Counted from the first letter of the stretch, positions 11,330 to 21,876 are shown. The stretch is 64,000 bases of DNA from Bdellovibrionales bacterium (GCA_965203275.1 OZ241865.1:608001-672000); one strand, 5' to 3'. Notes: generated by a model not told the origin, from the letters alone. A program made the numbers and translations.

Positions 11330-11512
11330 AGTAACTCCTTTTTAGTTTGTAGAATCTATTATTATCTCACTTTGCAAATCCAAAATCCAACAGGTCAAGC
11401 TCTTTGAGAAAGATGTCTTCATTGCCCACCTGCCAGATTATCTAAACTCTTTCAAAAAATCTTATACACTTTATTTCACTTAAGATGCACTAAGATGCAC
11501 TTAAGATGAACC

Positions 11513-12736
11513 CTAGTGAAATAACTTAAAAGCTGACTTTATTTTTTCAAACCACTGAGTAGATTGTGACACTCGGCCTCTTTTTTGTATTTCTTTTAAA
11601 CCATACAACAGTAAACCTATCCCCATCATAAAAGAAGGGGAACTGACTGTTTTTGTAAGTCCTCCTACATTTTGAATTTGTCCCCTACGAACAGGCATAT
11701 CAAAAAGAAACTCTCCCATTTCTACAAGACCTTCTAATTGACTTCCGCCCCCTACGAGTACGATACCAGATGCCATTTGATTTGCAAAACCTGTTTTTTG
11801 AATATTATTTTGGATAAAGTGAAATATTTCTTCCACACGGCTTTCAATGATCTCACAGAGGTATTTTCTTTTTATATCTTCAGATTTATGATTGCCTACA
11901 CTTATAACATCTAACTTTTCATCTTCCATCACAAGGTGAGGCATAGCACATCCAAATTGACATTTAAGGTTTTCTGCTGCATGAGGTGATGTCCTCAACA
12001 CAATGGCAATATCATTTGTGATAGAAGAGGCCCCTATAGGCAAAACTGCTGTATAAACCAGTTCTCCTTTTGTATAAATAATGATGTTTGTTGTTTCACT
12101 GCCAATATCTACAAGACCTACACCTAGTTTCTGCTCATCTGCACTCAATAAAAAATGAGCTGATGCTAGTGTATTTAATACTAAAGATTCTACTTTTAAA
12201 CCTGTTTTTTGACAACATTTTAAAACATTTTGCAAGGCTGTACGATTTGCTGTCACGATATGTACAGAGGATTCTAACCTCACACCTGACATGCCTATAG
12301 GGTCACTAATGCCTTCCTGATCGTCTACTTTAAAACCTTTAGATACAATATGAATTACGTTACGATCTGATGGAACAGAAACCGCTTGACTTGCATCCAT
12401 AACCCTTTGAATATCAATAGGGCGGATTTCTTTCCCTTGAATGGCAATCATACCCTTTGAATCGAAGGAATTAATATGACACCCTGAAATACCCACATAA
12501 ACTGTAGAAATACTTACTCCTGCCATGGCCTCTGCAGCTTCAACAGCTTCATGGATAGCTTTTGTGGTGGCATCAATATTGACCACTATTCCTTTACGTA
12601 AGCCACTTGTGGCTGCTCGCCCTACACCAATAATATCTATGCTGGATTCATAAACTTGACCGATCACAACACGTACTTCTACGTTACCTACATCTAGACT
12701 GGCAATAATGGATTCTTTGCGTTTGAGTTGTTTCAA
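11513..12736 (-). CDS. ftsA: Cell division protein FtsA
   Basis: LDVG, GLRKGIVVNI, DPIGMSGVRLE, VDIG, IVLVGGGS; lies between ftsQ and ftsZ; TTG start. Confidence 0.98.
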   Translation of the reverse strand: MKQLKRKESIIASLDVGNVEVRVVIGQVYESSIDIIGVGRAATSGLRKGIVVNIDATTKAIHEAVEAAEAMAGVSISTVYVGISGCHINSFDSKGMIAIQGKEIRPIDIQRVMDASQAVSVPSDRNVIHIVSKGFKVDDQEGISDPIGMSGVRLESSVHIVTANRTALQNVLKCCQKTGLKVESLVLNTLASAHFLLSADEQKLGVGLVDIGSETTNIIIYTKGELVYTAVLPIGASSITNDIAIVLRTSPHAAENLKCQFGCAMPHLVMEDEKLDVISVGNHKSEDIKRKYLCEIIESRVEEIFHFIQNNIQKTGFANQMASGIVLVGGGSQLEGLVEMGEFLFDMPVRRGQIQNVGGLTKTVSSPSFMMGIGLLLYGLKEIQKRGRVSQSTQWFEKIKSAFKLFH

Positions 12737-12758
12737 TTTTACCCCCCCCCTAAATAAG

Positions 12759-13502
12759 TTATCGGTGTTTTAAAGGCCTCACAAGCACTTTCTGATAGAA
12801 GTCAGCATCAATAACGCGTCCTGTAATATCTTGACTTCTTAAGTATTTTAATATTTTAGAAACACGTGCTATTTTAACAGGGATATGTTTTTCACCCAAC
12901 TGTATTTTCATTTGTTCCTTGAGTAAGTGAAGATAAATTTGATTTTCCTCTATTGTGATTTCATCAACTTTTTGCAAACTAAGGTCCCCTTGATCTGGTA
13001 AGTGAGATAACATATAGGTGAGTTTTTTTCTTATTTTTGTATCTTTTAAGAAACTTTGTTTAGAATACCTTATAATAGGTGCGAGGGGAGCTATCATCAG
13101 AGGGCTAGCATCTAATGTACTTCCGTCACGAGCAAGAGGGAAAACCGTTGCCCTGTGGTTGACTTCAAGAGCTATTATTTTTTTAGGTTTTAATAAAATC
13201 TTTAATTGATCAGGCCATATACGTTGTAACCGGAAGGCTTGAATCCATTTTTTTTTAGAAAGCTCTCTTTTGATTTGATAAGGATTAATACTCCAAAGAT
13301 GTCGTCCTTTCATTTGATCGAATTGTTTACGTAGGACATTGATATGATTTGTCCAATAGATTTCTTTTGTTTGAAACGAAGGAATATATGAAATATGAAT
13401 ATTTTTGAGTTTAAAAAAGTCTGATGAATAGATGAAGTAAAATCCAACCACCAAAGCAGTCACAAAACTGAAACAAAAAACTATAAAAGTGCGACGTTTC
13501 AT
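12759..13502 (-). CDS. ftsQ: Cell division protein FtsQ/DivIB
   Basis: N-terminal TM, POTRA-like WI....QRIWPDQL, C-terminal VIDADF; upstream of ftsA. Confidence 0.88.
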   Translation of the reverse strand: MKRRTFIVFCFSFVTALVVGFYFIYSSDFFKLKNIHISYIPSFQTKEIYWTNHINVLRKQFDQMKGRHLWSINPYQIKRELSKKKWIQAFRLQRIWPDQLKILLKPKKIIALEVNHRATVFPLARDGSTLDASPLMIAPLAPIIRYSKQSFLKDTKIRKKLTYMLSHLPDQGDLSLQKVDEITIEENQIYLHLLKEQMKIQLGEKHIPVKIARVSKILKYLRSQDITGRVIDADFYQKVLVRPLKHR

Positions 13503-13638
13503 CTTTTTAGGATAGCAGAAACCTTTCCATAAAAAAACACAATATAGACTTGAGTATTGAAAGATTTATCTAACTATAAAAACTATGAAAACAAAACCTG
13601 AGTTTTTTGTAAAGGTTCATTTGAGCTAAAAATAAAGT

Positions 13639-13711
13639 TCCTGAGTTTGATAGCCTGCAAAAATAAAGTTGAGCAGTAGGTTATGAGTCGAAAGGGATTT
13701 TGTGCCACTAG
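13639..13711 (+). mobile_element. Left-end fragment of CCTGAGTTTGA-TIR MITE
   Basis: Matches 38682-38760 and the reverse complement of 14720-14797. Confidence 0.75.
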
Positions 13712-13867
13712 GTTTTTGTTTTTGTGCCAGAATTTTAGACAATCTATGTTGTTTCACTCAAAGTGGGCTGTTTCACTAAAAATAAATAGGGCTTGACTTT
13801 TTAGATATATGTTGTTATAAAATCAAAAATTAATTAATTCAAAGAAGAAAAAGAAGGAGAAGTACAA

Positions 13868-14374
13868 ATGAAAAAATATATTTTTATCTTATTTATTGCT
13901 TTGCTTGTTTCTAGTGATTCTCTATGGGCTTATTCTGAAAGCCTTATGCATGCCAAACAAAGTGAGAGGGAATTACTCAATAATGACTTATTAAATCGCG
14001 TTGTTTTCGGTAGCCATAGATCGGTAAGGGAATTGCTAGAAAAAGGTGTGGACGTCAATTATCAAAGAGAAAATGACGGCTGGACGGCTTTAATTAGAGC
14101 TAGTTATTTTAGTTATTCAAACAACTTCCGTATAGATATTATAAGGTTATTGATAGAATATGGTGCGAACGTCAATCTTCAAGACAAAGATGGCTATACG
14201 GCTTTAGTGTTTGCAAGCTATAACGGCCATACTGAGGCTGTAAAGCTATTGCTAGCGAACGGAGCCAAAGTCAATCTTCAAGACGACCGTGACTATACGG
14301 CTTTATATTATGCTAATCGAGAAGGTTATATTGAAATTCAAAAACTATTAAGAGAGGCCGGAGCTACAGAATAA
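13868..14374 (+). CDS. Secreted ankyrin-repeat protein
   Basis: Signal peptide; GWTALI, GYTALVFA..NGH, GANVNLQD repeats; AAGGAG RBS. Confidence 0.93.
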   Translation: MKKYIFILFIALLVSSDSLWAYSESLMHAKQSERELLNNDLLNRVVFGSHRSVRELLEKGVDVNYQRENDGWTALIRASYFSYSNNFRIDIIRLLIEYGANVNLQDKDGYTALVFASYNGHTEAVKLLLANGAKVNLQDDRDYTALYYANREGYIEIQKLLREAGATE

Positions 14375-14418
14375 TACCAATTCTATATTTGTTTCAAAGT
14401 GAGAATCTTTTTTTATTT

Positions 14419-14797
14419 TCTTGAGTTTGACAGTTGATTTGCAAATTTGGGCATTTTCTTTTTTGAGAATGCTTTATTTATAGGTATTAAAGGTTTGTAG
14501 ATTTTAATTTGTAAATTTTGGTGGAACTTCTAGTGAAGCATATTTTTGTAAATTTTTATCAATAAAACCTTGATATAGAAAGCTATGTATTATTGAGTAA
14601 AGATAATGATGAAAATATGAAAATCCTAAAAATAAGGGGAAAGATGAAGTGTCAGATGAATCAATTAATGATTTCCCCTAAATTAAAAAGCTTACAGTAA
14701 AAAGCTTACATTGTAGTTGTAGTGGCACAAAATCTCTCTCGGCTTATAACCTACTGAAATCTCACAACTTTATTTTTGCTGGCTATCAAACTCAGGA
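14419..14797 (-). mobile_element. MITE, longer variant of 38683-38874
   Basis: Ends TCTTGAGTTTGACAG and CTATCAAACTCAGGA are inverted repeats; both arms align to 38682-38875 in reverse. Confidence 0.75.
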
Positions 14798-14945
14798 TGA
14801 GGCAACCGCTTCTTTGAGAGAGCTTTTGCTAGATAGCTAGATGGCCAAAAGGCCAGATGGTCTGAAAAATATTTATTTTTGTATTCTTTTACAGAAACTA
14901 TGAGATTAGTTTTTTCTGGATGCTGGATGCTTTTTATCTCAGGGA

Positions 14946-17702
14946 TCATTCAGAGACCATCTCGTCAATAATTTTGTGTATTTGACCGCCTGTGGAATCT
15001 TCTAAAATACAAAAACACCAGTTTTGTTCTGAGTCTTGTGAAACGACTTTACACCACTGGTGCATAAAATCCCATTTTTGAATATCTCTTTTCTTTTTAT
15101 TCCCTTTAACTTCTAAAATTAAATAATTCTCATCAAAAAGCTTTACAATAAAATCAGGGATGTATTTTCTTCTCTTTCCTTCTTCATCCATGTAATTAAT
15201 TTCAAATCCTAAGTGATCATTTTTAACAAATGCAAGTACATTGCTATTTCTGTCAAGCTCTCTAGCACAAGCATATTCCCAATGACTGTCAATCACACAT
15301 TGATTTAAGTGTGTTTTCTTGAAAAGACCTACCTTCTTTTGAGTCCACCACTCTTCCATATCAGCCGTAGAACAGAAAAGCATTTCTTCATTATAAACAG
15401 CAGAGACTTGTTCAAAAGAATCTGCTTGTATCAATGTTAAGATTTTATTGACAATTTCATTCATTTTAATCATGACAATAAGCTCCTTTTTTTCTTTTTC
15501 ACAATCAGGTTTGACTTGAAACATTGGTGAATTAACAAATTTTTTGACAAGATAAAGAATCATTTGAAGGGCATCCAGTTTAGATACTTCATTTTTCCAA
15601 TGAAAATCAGCTTGATTGTAAACTTGATGTGTGACCTTCCAGGTCAGTGTCTTCAGACGATCATTGCGATCACATTGTTCTTGTTCTTCAAGAATTTTTT
15701 GAAGATTTAAAACAGTGACAGATCCTGCTTTTTTGCCGTCAAGAACAGAAGCCATCTCTTGAACTCTTGGAATTTGAGAAACATCTATTGTAAAAGGTTC
15801 TATAGCTTCAAAATTAATAGTGAGCTTTGATCTCAGGTAGACTTTAATTTTTTCTATATGAGGCCATAAGATTTCATACTTTGATTTTTCTTTTTCAGGA
15901 TAAATGCAATATCTTGTGATATCTTCTTTTTTTCCAGTGTCGTTCCCCTCTTGAGGGAGGTAAGCAAAAGGTACACCTAAGACATGCACATACTCTGGTC
16001 TAAATAGACCTTCATCATTAATTTCATAAGAGGTGCGTCTTAAGCCTCTGCCTATAACTTGCTCGCAAAGCAATTGACTACTAAAAGCTCTTAAACCCAT
16101 GATATGGGTGACTTGTGTACAGTTCCAACCTTCAGAGAGCATAGCTACAGAAATAACGTGATGGATATGTTGTTCTTGTGTTCCTATTTTACCTATATTA
16201 TTGAGTTGTTTTCTTATTTCTTCATCCTCATCATCTTTTAATCCAGAGTAGATTTTGAACGTTTTGTTCGAACCTTTAAATTTTTCAGGAATGCCAGGGA
16301 TGGCATCAGTTTTAAAGCTATATTCAAGTCGATCAGCAGTTTCTTTTCTGTTCACTACTGAAATCATTACAGGAGGGCGGAAATCCTTTAAATTTTGTCT
16401 ATAGGCATCCTTCCATGCTTCGTATTTTTTATTCCAACTACTGCAAAGATATGTATATCCTGTTTTGACAATATCTAGTAGATGTTCTTTTTCAGAAGCC
16501 TTTCTATTGAGATCATTTTTTACTTCGTCATTTTCATAAATATGATAGAGTCTTGGCTTGAGAGTTTTATTGATGGAGGCATCATCACCTACAGCAAATT
16601 GAGGGGTTTTGACAAGTCCGGACTCAATGGCATCAGCCAGTCCAAAATCGCTGACAATCCAACCAAATAAGCCTTGTGGATTAGCTGTTGAACCCATGGG
16701 GATATAAGGTGTAGCAGAAAAATCAAAGATCTTATGAATTCCTATCGTGCGATGAATGCGATCTAAGCTTTCTATCCATTTTGTAGCTTGATCTACATCT
16801 ATACCTTCTTTTTTTAAAGTTCTTTTTTTTCTTTTCATTTCTGGTGAAGATCGCCATGCATGATGAGCTTCATCATTGATCACAAGAATATTTTTAGATG
16901 TAGCTATATCTTCAAGCACTTCTCTGATGTAAGCTTTATCACTTTGAGGTCCTCTTTTATCGACAGTTTTTCTATTTTGAATTTGATCTTCTGTTTCCCA
17001 TTGCAATTGTTGCCAATTTTTAATTAAGATTTTACCTTGCCTAAATTTTTCTTGCCAATGGTTAGGTATGATCTTGTATTCTTTATAATAGTTGTGAGGA
17101 TGACTATATTTTAAAACGTTGAGTCTTTCTTTGACAGTTAAATTAGGGGTGACAATAAATATATTTTTTGAAAATCTTGTATCTTGTGGATGATTGATTT
17201 TGTTGAGTATTTGCCAAGCAATAGTCATAGCCATCACGACTGTTTTACCTGTACCGGTGGCCATTTTACAGCATAATCGATGGAGTTTCTCATCTTGAGG
17301 TATCACAAGACCTTGCTTAAAATCTTCTCTAGCTTCTAGTAAGAAAATCAAAGTTTTAATGGCTTCTAATTGAGCAAAAAAGAAATTATATTTCCGACCA
17401 GAATCTTCTGGGTTTGTATTCCAATATTCTAATAGTTGGTGAGTGGTGGTGGTGATCCCTTGATAATTTTCTTGCTTCCATTCTGTCATTCTTTTGCGTA
17501 TGTTATTGACAAGAGGAATTTCTTTTACGATGCCATATTCGTCGTAAGATTTGTTTTGGGGGTCATTAATAATATAGTTAGCAGGCCGACGGCTCTTTTT
17601 CAAGACATGTTCTTGATGAGTTTTATCCCAATACCAATGCTTTATCGGCTCTTGAAATGGAGAGTTAATAATCAGTTTTTTGATAGGTTTGATTGTTGAC
17701 AT
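14946..17702 (-). CDS. Type III restriction enzyme Res-like subunit (SF2 helicase + PD-(D/E)xK nuclease)
   Basis: MATGTGKT Walker A, DEAHH, FSATP, EQVIGRGLRR, C-terminal YIPDF...LEVKG. Confidence 0.9.
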   Translation of the reverse strand: MSTIKPIKKLIINSPFQEPIKHWYWDKTHQEHVLKKSRRPANYIINDPQNKSYDEYGIVKEIPLVNNIRKRMTEWKQENYQGITTTTHQLLEYWNTNPEDSGRKYNFFFAQLEAIKTLIFLLEAREDFKQGLVIPQDEKLHRLCCKMATGTGKTVVMAMTIAWQILNKINHPQDTRFSKNIFIVTPNLTVKERLNVLKYSHPHNYYKEYKIIPNHWQEKFRQGKILIKNWQQLQWETEDQIQNRKTVDKRGPQSDKAYIREVLEDIATSKNILVINDEAHHAWRSSPEMKRKKRTLKKEGIDVDQATKWIESLDRIHRTIGIHKIFDFSATPYIPMGSTANPQGLFGWIVSDFGLADAIESGLVKTPQFAVGDDASINKTLKPRLYHIYENDEVKNDLNRKASEKEHLLDIVKTGYTYLCSSWNKKYEAWKDAYRQNLKDFRPPVMISVVNRKETADRLEYSFKTDAIPGIPEKFKGSNKTFKIYSGLKDDEDEEIRKQLNNIGKIGTQEQHIHHVISVAMLSEGWNCTQVTHIMGLRAFSSQLLCEQVIGRGLRRTSYEINDEGLFRPEYVHVLGVPFAYLPQEGNDTGKKEDITRYCIYPEKEKSKYEILWPHIEKIKVYLRSKLTINFEAIEPFTIDVSQIPRVQEMASVLDGKKAGSVTVLNLQKILEEQEQCDRNDRLKTLTWKVTHQVYNQADFHWKNEVSKLDALQMILYLVKKFVNSPMFQVKPDCEKEKKELIVMIKMNEIVNKILTLIQADSFEQVSAVYNEEMLFCSTADMEEWWTQKKVGLFKKTHLNQCVIDSHWEYACARELDRNSNVLAFVKNDHLGFEINYMDEEGKRRKYIPDFIVKLFDENYLILEVKGNKKKRDIQKWDFMHQWCKVVSQDSEQNWCFCILEDSTGGQIHKIIDEMVSE

Positions 17703-17902
17703 GTTATGACTTATTTTGTTTAGGTTGTTTTCTATTATTTCTATCCACTAGGCAAAATATTTACAAGAGGCTCTCTTTATTTGTAAATGCTTTATATATT
17801 TTCTTCTTTGATGGATGCTCTTTTTTGATCAACTTAGAGTATATCTCTTGCCATGACAAGCTTTTTTAGTTAAAATGGCTAAAAAATAACTTAAGAATAG
17901 TT

Positions 17903-18430
17903 ATGGAACAAATAAGAAGTACACTGGAACGTCGCTTATCACTTCATACCTTTGAAAACTTAATTAAAGAAAATCCATTTGTTCCAAAAGAACGGAAACA
18001 AATTTTTCTTAAGGGGTTAAATGCAGGATTAAAAGGAGATCATTTAACCTGTATGCATTTGCTTATTCCACAAATTGAAAATTCTATTCGTATGATTTTA
18101 GAGCAACATGGAGTACTTACCACAAAATTAAAAGAACAAAGAAAAAAGCATAAGGCAGAAAAAGAACAAGACGAGGCACAGAGTCAACCTAACTTAACCC
18201 AGGAATATTTTGATCTCAATAAAATTCTCCGAGGGTCTGAAACTGAAAAAATATTTGGAGAAGATATGATATTTCATTTGCGATCTCTTCTGGTGAGTAA
18301 ATCAGGTAAAAATTACCGCAATAGGTTAGCACATGGTTTACTAAAAGATAATGATTTTTCCGCAGGATGGCCTAATTATTTGTGGGTTGTCACAATAAAA
18401 CTTTGCTTGCATTTTCTTCACTTAAAGTAA
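17903..18430 (+). CDS. DUF4209/HEPN-like protein, probably a C-terminal remnant
   Basis: HLLIPQIENSIR and NYRNRLAHG (RxxxxH HEPN motif); no clear RBS; short. Confidence 0.65.
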   Translation: MEQIRSTLERRLSLHTFENLIKENPFVPKERKQIFLKGLNAGLKGDHLTCMHLLIPQIENSIRMILEQHGVLTTKLKEQRKKHKAEKEQDEAQSQPNLTQEYFDLNKILRGSETEKIFGEDMIFHLRSLLVSKSGKNYRNRLAHGLLKDNDFSAGWPNYLWVVTIKLCLHFLHLK

Positions 18431-18472
18431 ACTAGCCTCTGTTTCACTCAAAATAAATCATGCCGTCTTTTG

Positions 18473-19872
18473 GAGCTTGTCCCTGATATCGGTGAAAATA
18501 GACGGCTCATAAATTAGTTTTTAATTGTTTTTTCTTTTTGTCAATAATAATTTTTTTTAAACTTTGTTCTAATTGTTCTAAATCTTTAAATCCTTTAATG
18601 CTTTTGAAATGTTTTTCTGCTTCCAATAGACTCACAGCAGACCATCTTAAAACTTGATCTGAAGAAGAACTCCAATTCTTTACCCTCCGAACTTTTTCCC
18701 TCACAACTGAAAAAACAGACTCAATAGGATTTGTCGATGATAATGACCTCCTTAAAAGTAATGAAACTCCAAGCTTGATCGTTGTCAGTGTCTCCATCTC
18801 TGCCTCTTTTAAAGATGTGAATGCTGAATGATTGACCCGCTTTAACCAGCTTAATAAAGACTCATGCTCTAACTTCGATGACAACTCATCTGGCATACCA
18901 TGTAACTTCTTCCAACGACTCTTAAACTCTATGTGACGACTTGGAGGTAAGCAACTCAGAATATTTCTCTCTTTATGCTGAATACAACGCTGAACTACTG
19001 AACGACCTGAAAATACTCTATCTATTCCCTTCCTTAATGCTTTGCTACCATCAATCACAAAAAGATAACCCTTCTCTTTATCAAGACCACGACCTATAAG
19101 TCCCTCCAGAAGATCACGGCAAACTTCCCAACTCTCTGTATTGCCTTCTTTAAGACCTAATATAACCTTCTTACCTTGATCTGTGATTCCTAAGGCCACT
19201 ATAACCAGCGTAGAACCAATACCCACTCCATCTATCATTATCGCTGGAAACCTGTACTTACTTAAATCACGATTGTTAATCGACTCAAGGGCTTGTTTAG
19301 ATGACTTATTAAAAACTCTACTCACACTACTCCTAGAAAGTTTAAGCCCTCCTGAAATATCATCTAAAAGATGATTGTAATTCCGTGATGAAACTCCACT
19401 CATGGCATGTTTTAAAACACGATCACTGAGTATGTCATAGTGTTGAAGGGCTGAATAGATCTTAAGCCTCACTTCACGACCTGACTGCTTAACACGAGGC
19501 TTCCTAACCTGCAACTTTTGACCACCTGCAAGTATGCTACCTTTATCACTACCAGCTCTATGATATGGTGTATCTCTATGACGACCATAACGCTCACCGC
19601 AAAGCTCTAATAGCTCTGCTTCAAAAAAACCATAGACCGAACAAAGAATAGATGACTTGATCTCATCCTCTACAATCTGACGAATTTCTGACAAAGTATT
19701 GGCTGAAACTTGAAATGAATGACTATTTTTGGTACACTTCATAATGGCTCCTTTCTTTTTATTTTTAAAAGTTAATTGTTAATAAAATTTGGTTGGCTGA
19801 AATATGCCAACCAGGAGCCTTCTATCTTAACATCTTCTCTAAGAAAAATTCACCGAATTATAGGACATGCTC
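18473..19872 (-). mobile_element. Complete IS256-family insertion sequence (1400 bp)
   Basis: TIRs GAGCTTGTCCCTGATATCGGTGAA and (reverse complement) GAGCATGTCCTATAATTCGGTGAA; 8-bp target duplication GTCTTTTG at 18465-18472 and 19873-19880. Confidence 0.95.
18507..19742 (-). CDS. IS256-family (Mutator-type) DDE transposase
   Basis: IMIDG, VALGI..G.K..LG, FVIDGSKAL, QRCIQHKERN, STNPIES. Confidence 0.95.
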   Translation of the reverse strand: MKCTKNSHSFQVSANTLSEIRQIVEDEIKSSILCSVYGFFEAELLELCGERYGRHRDTPYHRAGSDKGSILAGGQKLQVRKPRVKQSGREVRLKIYSALQHYDILSDRVLKHAMSGVSSRNYNHLLDDISGGLKLSRSSVSRVFNKSSKQALESINNRDLSKYRFPAIMIDGVGIGSTLVIVALGITDQGKKVILGLKEGNTESWEVCRDLLEGLIGRGLDKEKGYLFVIDGSKALRKGIDRVFSGRSVVQRCIQHKERNILSCLPPSRHIEFKSRWKKLHGMPDELSSKLEHESLLSWLKRVNHSAFTSLKEAEMETLTTIKLGVSLLLRRSLSSTNPIESVFSVVREKVRRVKNWSSSSDQVLRWSAVSLLEAEKHFKSIKGFKDLEQLEQSLKKIIIDKKKKQLKTNL

Positions 19873-19880
19873 GTCTTTTG

Positions 19881-20110
19881 CACTCAAAGTGAACTGGCCT
19901 CTGGCCACTTTTGGACGATGACCGCAAAGGCTTTCGTCTTTGACAAAATGGTCATCGTCTCAAAAGCCTGTTCACTTTGAGTAAGGAGGATCCCTTCATT
20001 TTTTTTACACCATGTTAAGGAAAAAGTTCTTTCTCATGCTAATTTGCCGGGGTGCCAGGTCCCGGGTTGCCAGATCCAGATCCCGGATAAATATCATGTT
20101 AGGGAAACAA
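19881..20110. repeat. Structured repeat copy plus CCGG/GATC-rich module
   Basis: ACTCAAAGTGAAC...GTTCACTTTGAGT stem, ACACCATGTTAAGGAAAAAG motif, CCAGATCCCGG runs. Confidence 0.85.
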
Positions 20111-20173
20111 GGTGTTCGTTTTTATGGATTTCTTTGAAAAGGTAAGGAATTTAGGTTTGAAAATTAGATTTTC

Positions 20174-20586
20174 AGTGATTTCAGCTACTTAATATTGTGA
20201 CTTTTGTATAAAAGTCACAGTATTAAGTGTTTGTAATTGTTAGACTTTTTTAGGTCGACTTTAGAAATTTCTAATTTTTCGTCTAACACAATTCTTATCG
20301 TTTATTATGACATAAAACTTTATATTTTTGTTAAAAAAAATCAAAAAAAGTTACATTTTGTATCAAAAAGAATCACTTTTTTAAATTTTTGTATCATCTT
20401 GAAACACTTTACCAATCTTAAAGATATAAGATCAGCAAAACAAACAATAATTTTTCATTTGTGTTTTATAACTTTTGCTTTGTTTGATTTTTCAAAACAG
20501 TTTTCTTGCAAAAATTTGTCTGTTTTTTGCCCTTTCAAATTGTGACTTTTATACAAAAGTTACAGTGCTAAGTCATTGAAATCACT
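20174..20586. repeat. 413-bp AT-rich element with ~46-bp terminal inverted repeats, copy 1
   Basis: Palindromic cores TGTGACTTTT-GTAT-AAAAGTCACA (20196-20219) and TGTGACTTTT-ATAC-AAAAGTTACA (20541-20564); highly similar inverted copy at 38059-38471. Confidence 0.92.
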
Positions 20587-20650
20587 AGAGTCATTTTTTT
20601 GTACTCTCTAAAGGTATAGAGACAAAATACAAAATAAATGCACTAAGGTA

Positions 20651-21010
20651 GTTTCATTGGGTTTCACTCAAAGTGACCAGGACTCAGGCCACTTTGAGTG
20701 AAAAAAAGAAGGAACTTTTTCCTTAACATGGTGTTAAGAGACAAGGAGATCCTTTCTACTAAAAGTAAACGGACTTTTGAGGTAGCCAGCCTTTGATCGA
20801 CGGCGAAAGCCGTCGGGCTGGCTATCCAAAAGTAGCCAGAGGCTAGTTTACTTTTAGTGAAACAAACTCCTTAACATGGTGTTAAGAGAGAAGGAGATCC
20901 TTCCTACTCAAAATGAGCGGGTTTTTGAGGCATTGCTCTTTTTGGACAGCGATAGCTGTCTGAGCAATGCCCAAAAACACACCAGAGGTGTGGCTCATTT
21001 TGAGTGAAAA
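20651..21010. repeat. Two full structured-repeat copies upstream of pilin
   Basis: About 20758-20862 and 20906-21009, each preceded by CCTTAACATGGTGTTAAGAGA. Confidence 0.9.
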
Positions 21011-21118
21011 AGGTTAGGTAAGCATCTGGGAGATACAAACAAGCCTAACTATAAAAGGTAAAAGAGGATGGTTTAAGATGCTATCCAAATTTTAATTAAT
21101 TAACGAAGGAGTTTTAAA

Positions 21119-21853
21119 ATGAAAAAGTTAAAATTTAATCAAAAGGGCTTTAGCTTAATCGAGCTAATGGTCGTCGTAGCAATTATTGGATTATTGGCCG
21201 CTGTGGCTATTCCAAACTATTCTAGGTTTCAAAAAAGGGCAATGCAAACTGAAGCAAAGGCTGCTTTAGGTGGCATTTATTTGGCCCAAATGACATTTAT
21301 CAATGAATGGGGTTTTGGTACTCCAAATCTTAATCAGTTAGGATATGTTCAAGAGGGAGAAGCTAGATACATAACAGGATGGAATAAAAACGATAATGTT
21401 GCCATGCCGTCCACAAGAAATGTAAATAGCACAAGTCGTGTGACGGGTTATAGAGGTCCTTTAGCTATCAATCCAGATGATGTAAATAATGAGCAAATAG
21501 GTGCATCTTTTGTCCCTGGTTATGACGATAAAATTGGTACTGTTAAACCCGAGCTACCAGTTCAAGGGAGTTGTGCTATAACAGCTCAGGCAGGGACGAA
21601 TTGTCCTACTAGTTGTCCATCCGTTGAAATTCATGCGACTACCAGGGTAGCCTCGTGTCCAGCGGCTACTGGTTTAAATGCTAACTGTACAACTTTCACA
21701 TGCGGTTTATCAAGAGGTGGAGTAGACAACACCAATTCTAAGAATATAGCCTTTACGATAAACTCAATTGCAAATCTTGGAGGTTCCAGATATGACGAAT
21801 GGACTATGACCGATGAGAAAACACTAACCAACACAGCAAGCGGAATTGACTAA
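21119..21853 (+). CDS. Type IVa pilin-like protein
   Basis: QKG|FSLIELMVVVAIIGLLAAVAIP cleavage/methylation motif; GAAGGAG RBS; Cys-rich insert. Confidence 0.92.
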   Translation: MKKLKFNQKGFSLIELMVVVAIIGLLAAVAIPNYSRFQKRAMQTEAKAALGGIYLAQMTFINEWGFGTPNLNQLGYVQEGEARYITGWNKNDNVAMPSTRNVNSTSRVTGYRGPLAINPDDVNNEQIGASFVPGYDDKIGTVKPELPVQGSCAITAQAGTNCPTSCPSVEIHATTRVASCPAATGLNANCTTFTCGLSRGGVDNTNSKNIAFTINSIANLGGSRYDEWTMTDEKTLTNTASGID

Positions 21854-21876
21854 AATGTTCTTTGAATAACCTTTAG

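Noticed and set aside
20237..20545. 102-aa ORF inside the 413-bp element
   Set aside because: TTG start, Phe/Lys-rich composition, and not listed as an equivalent ORF in the second copy.
20758..20862. Hammerhead ribozyme reading of the three-way junction
   Set aside because: No CUGANGA core in the junction on either strand.
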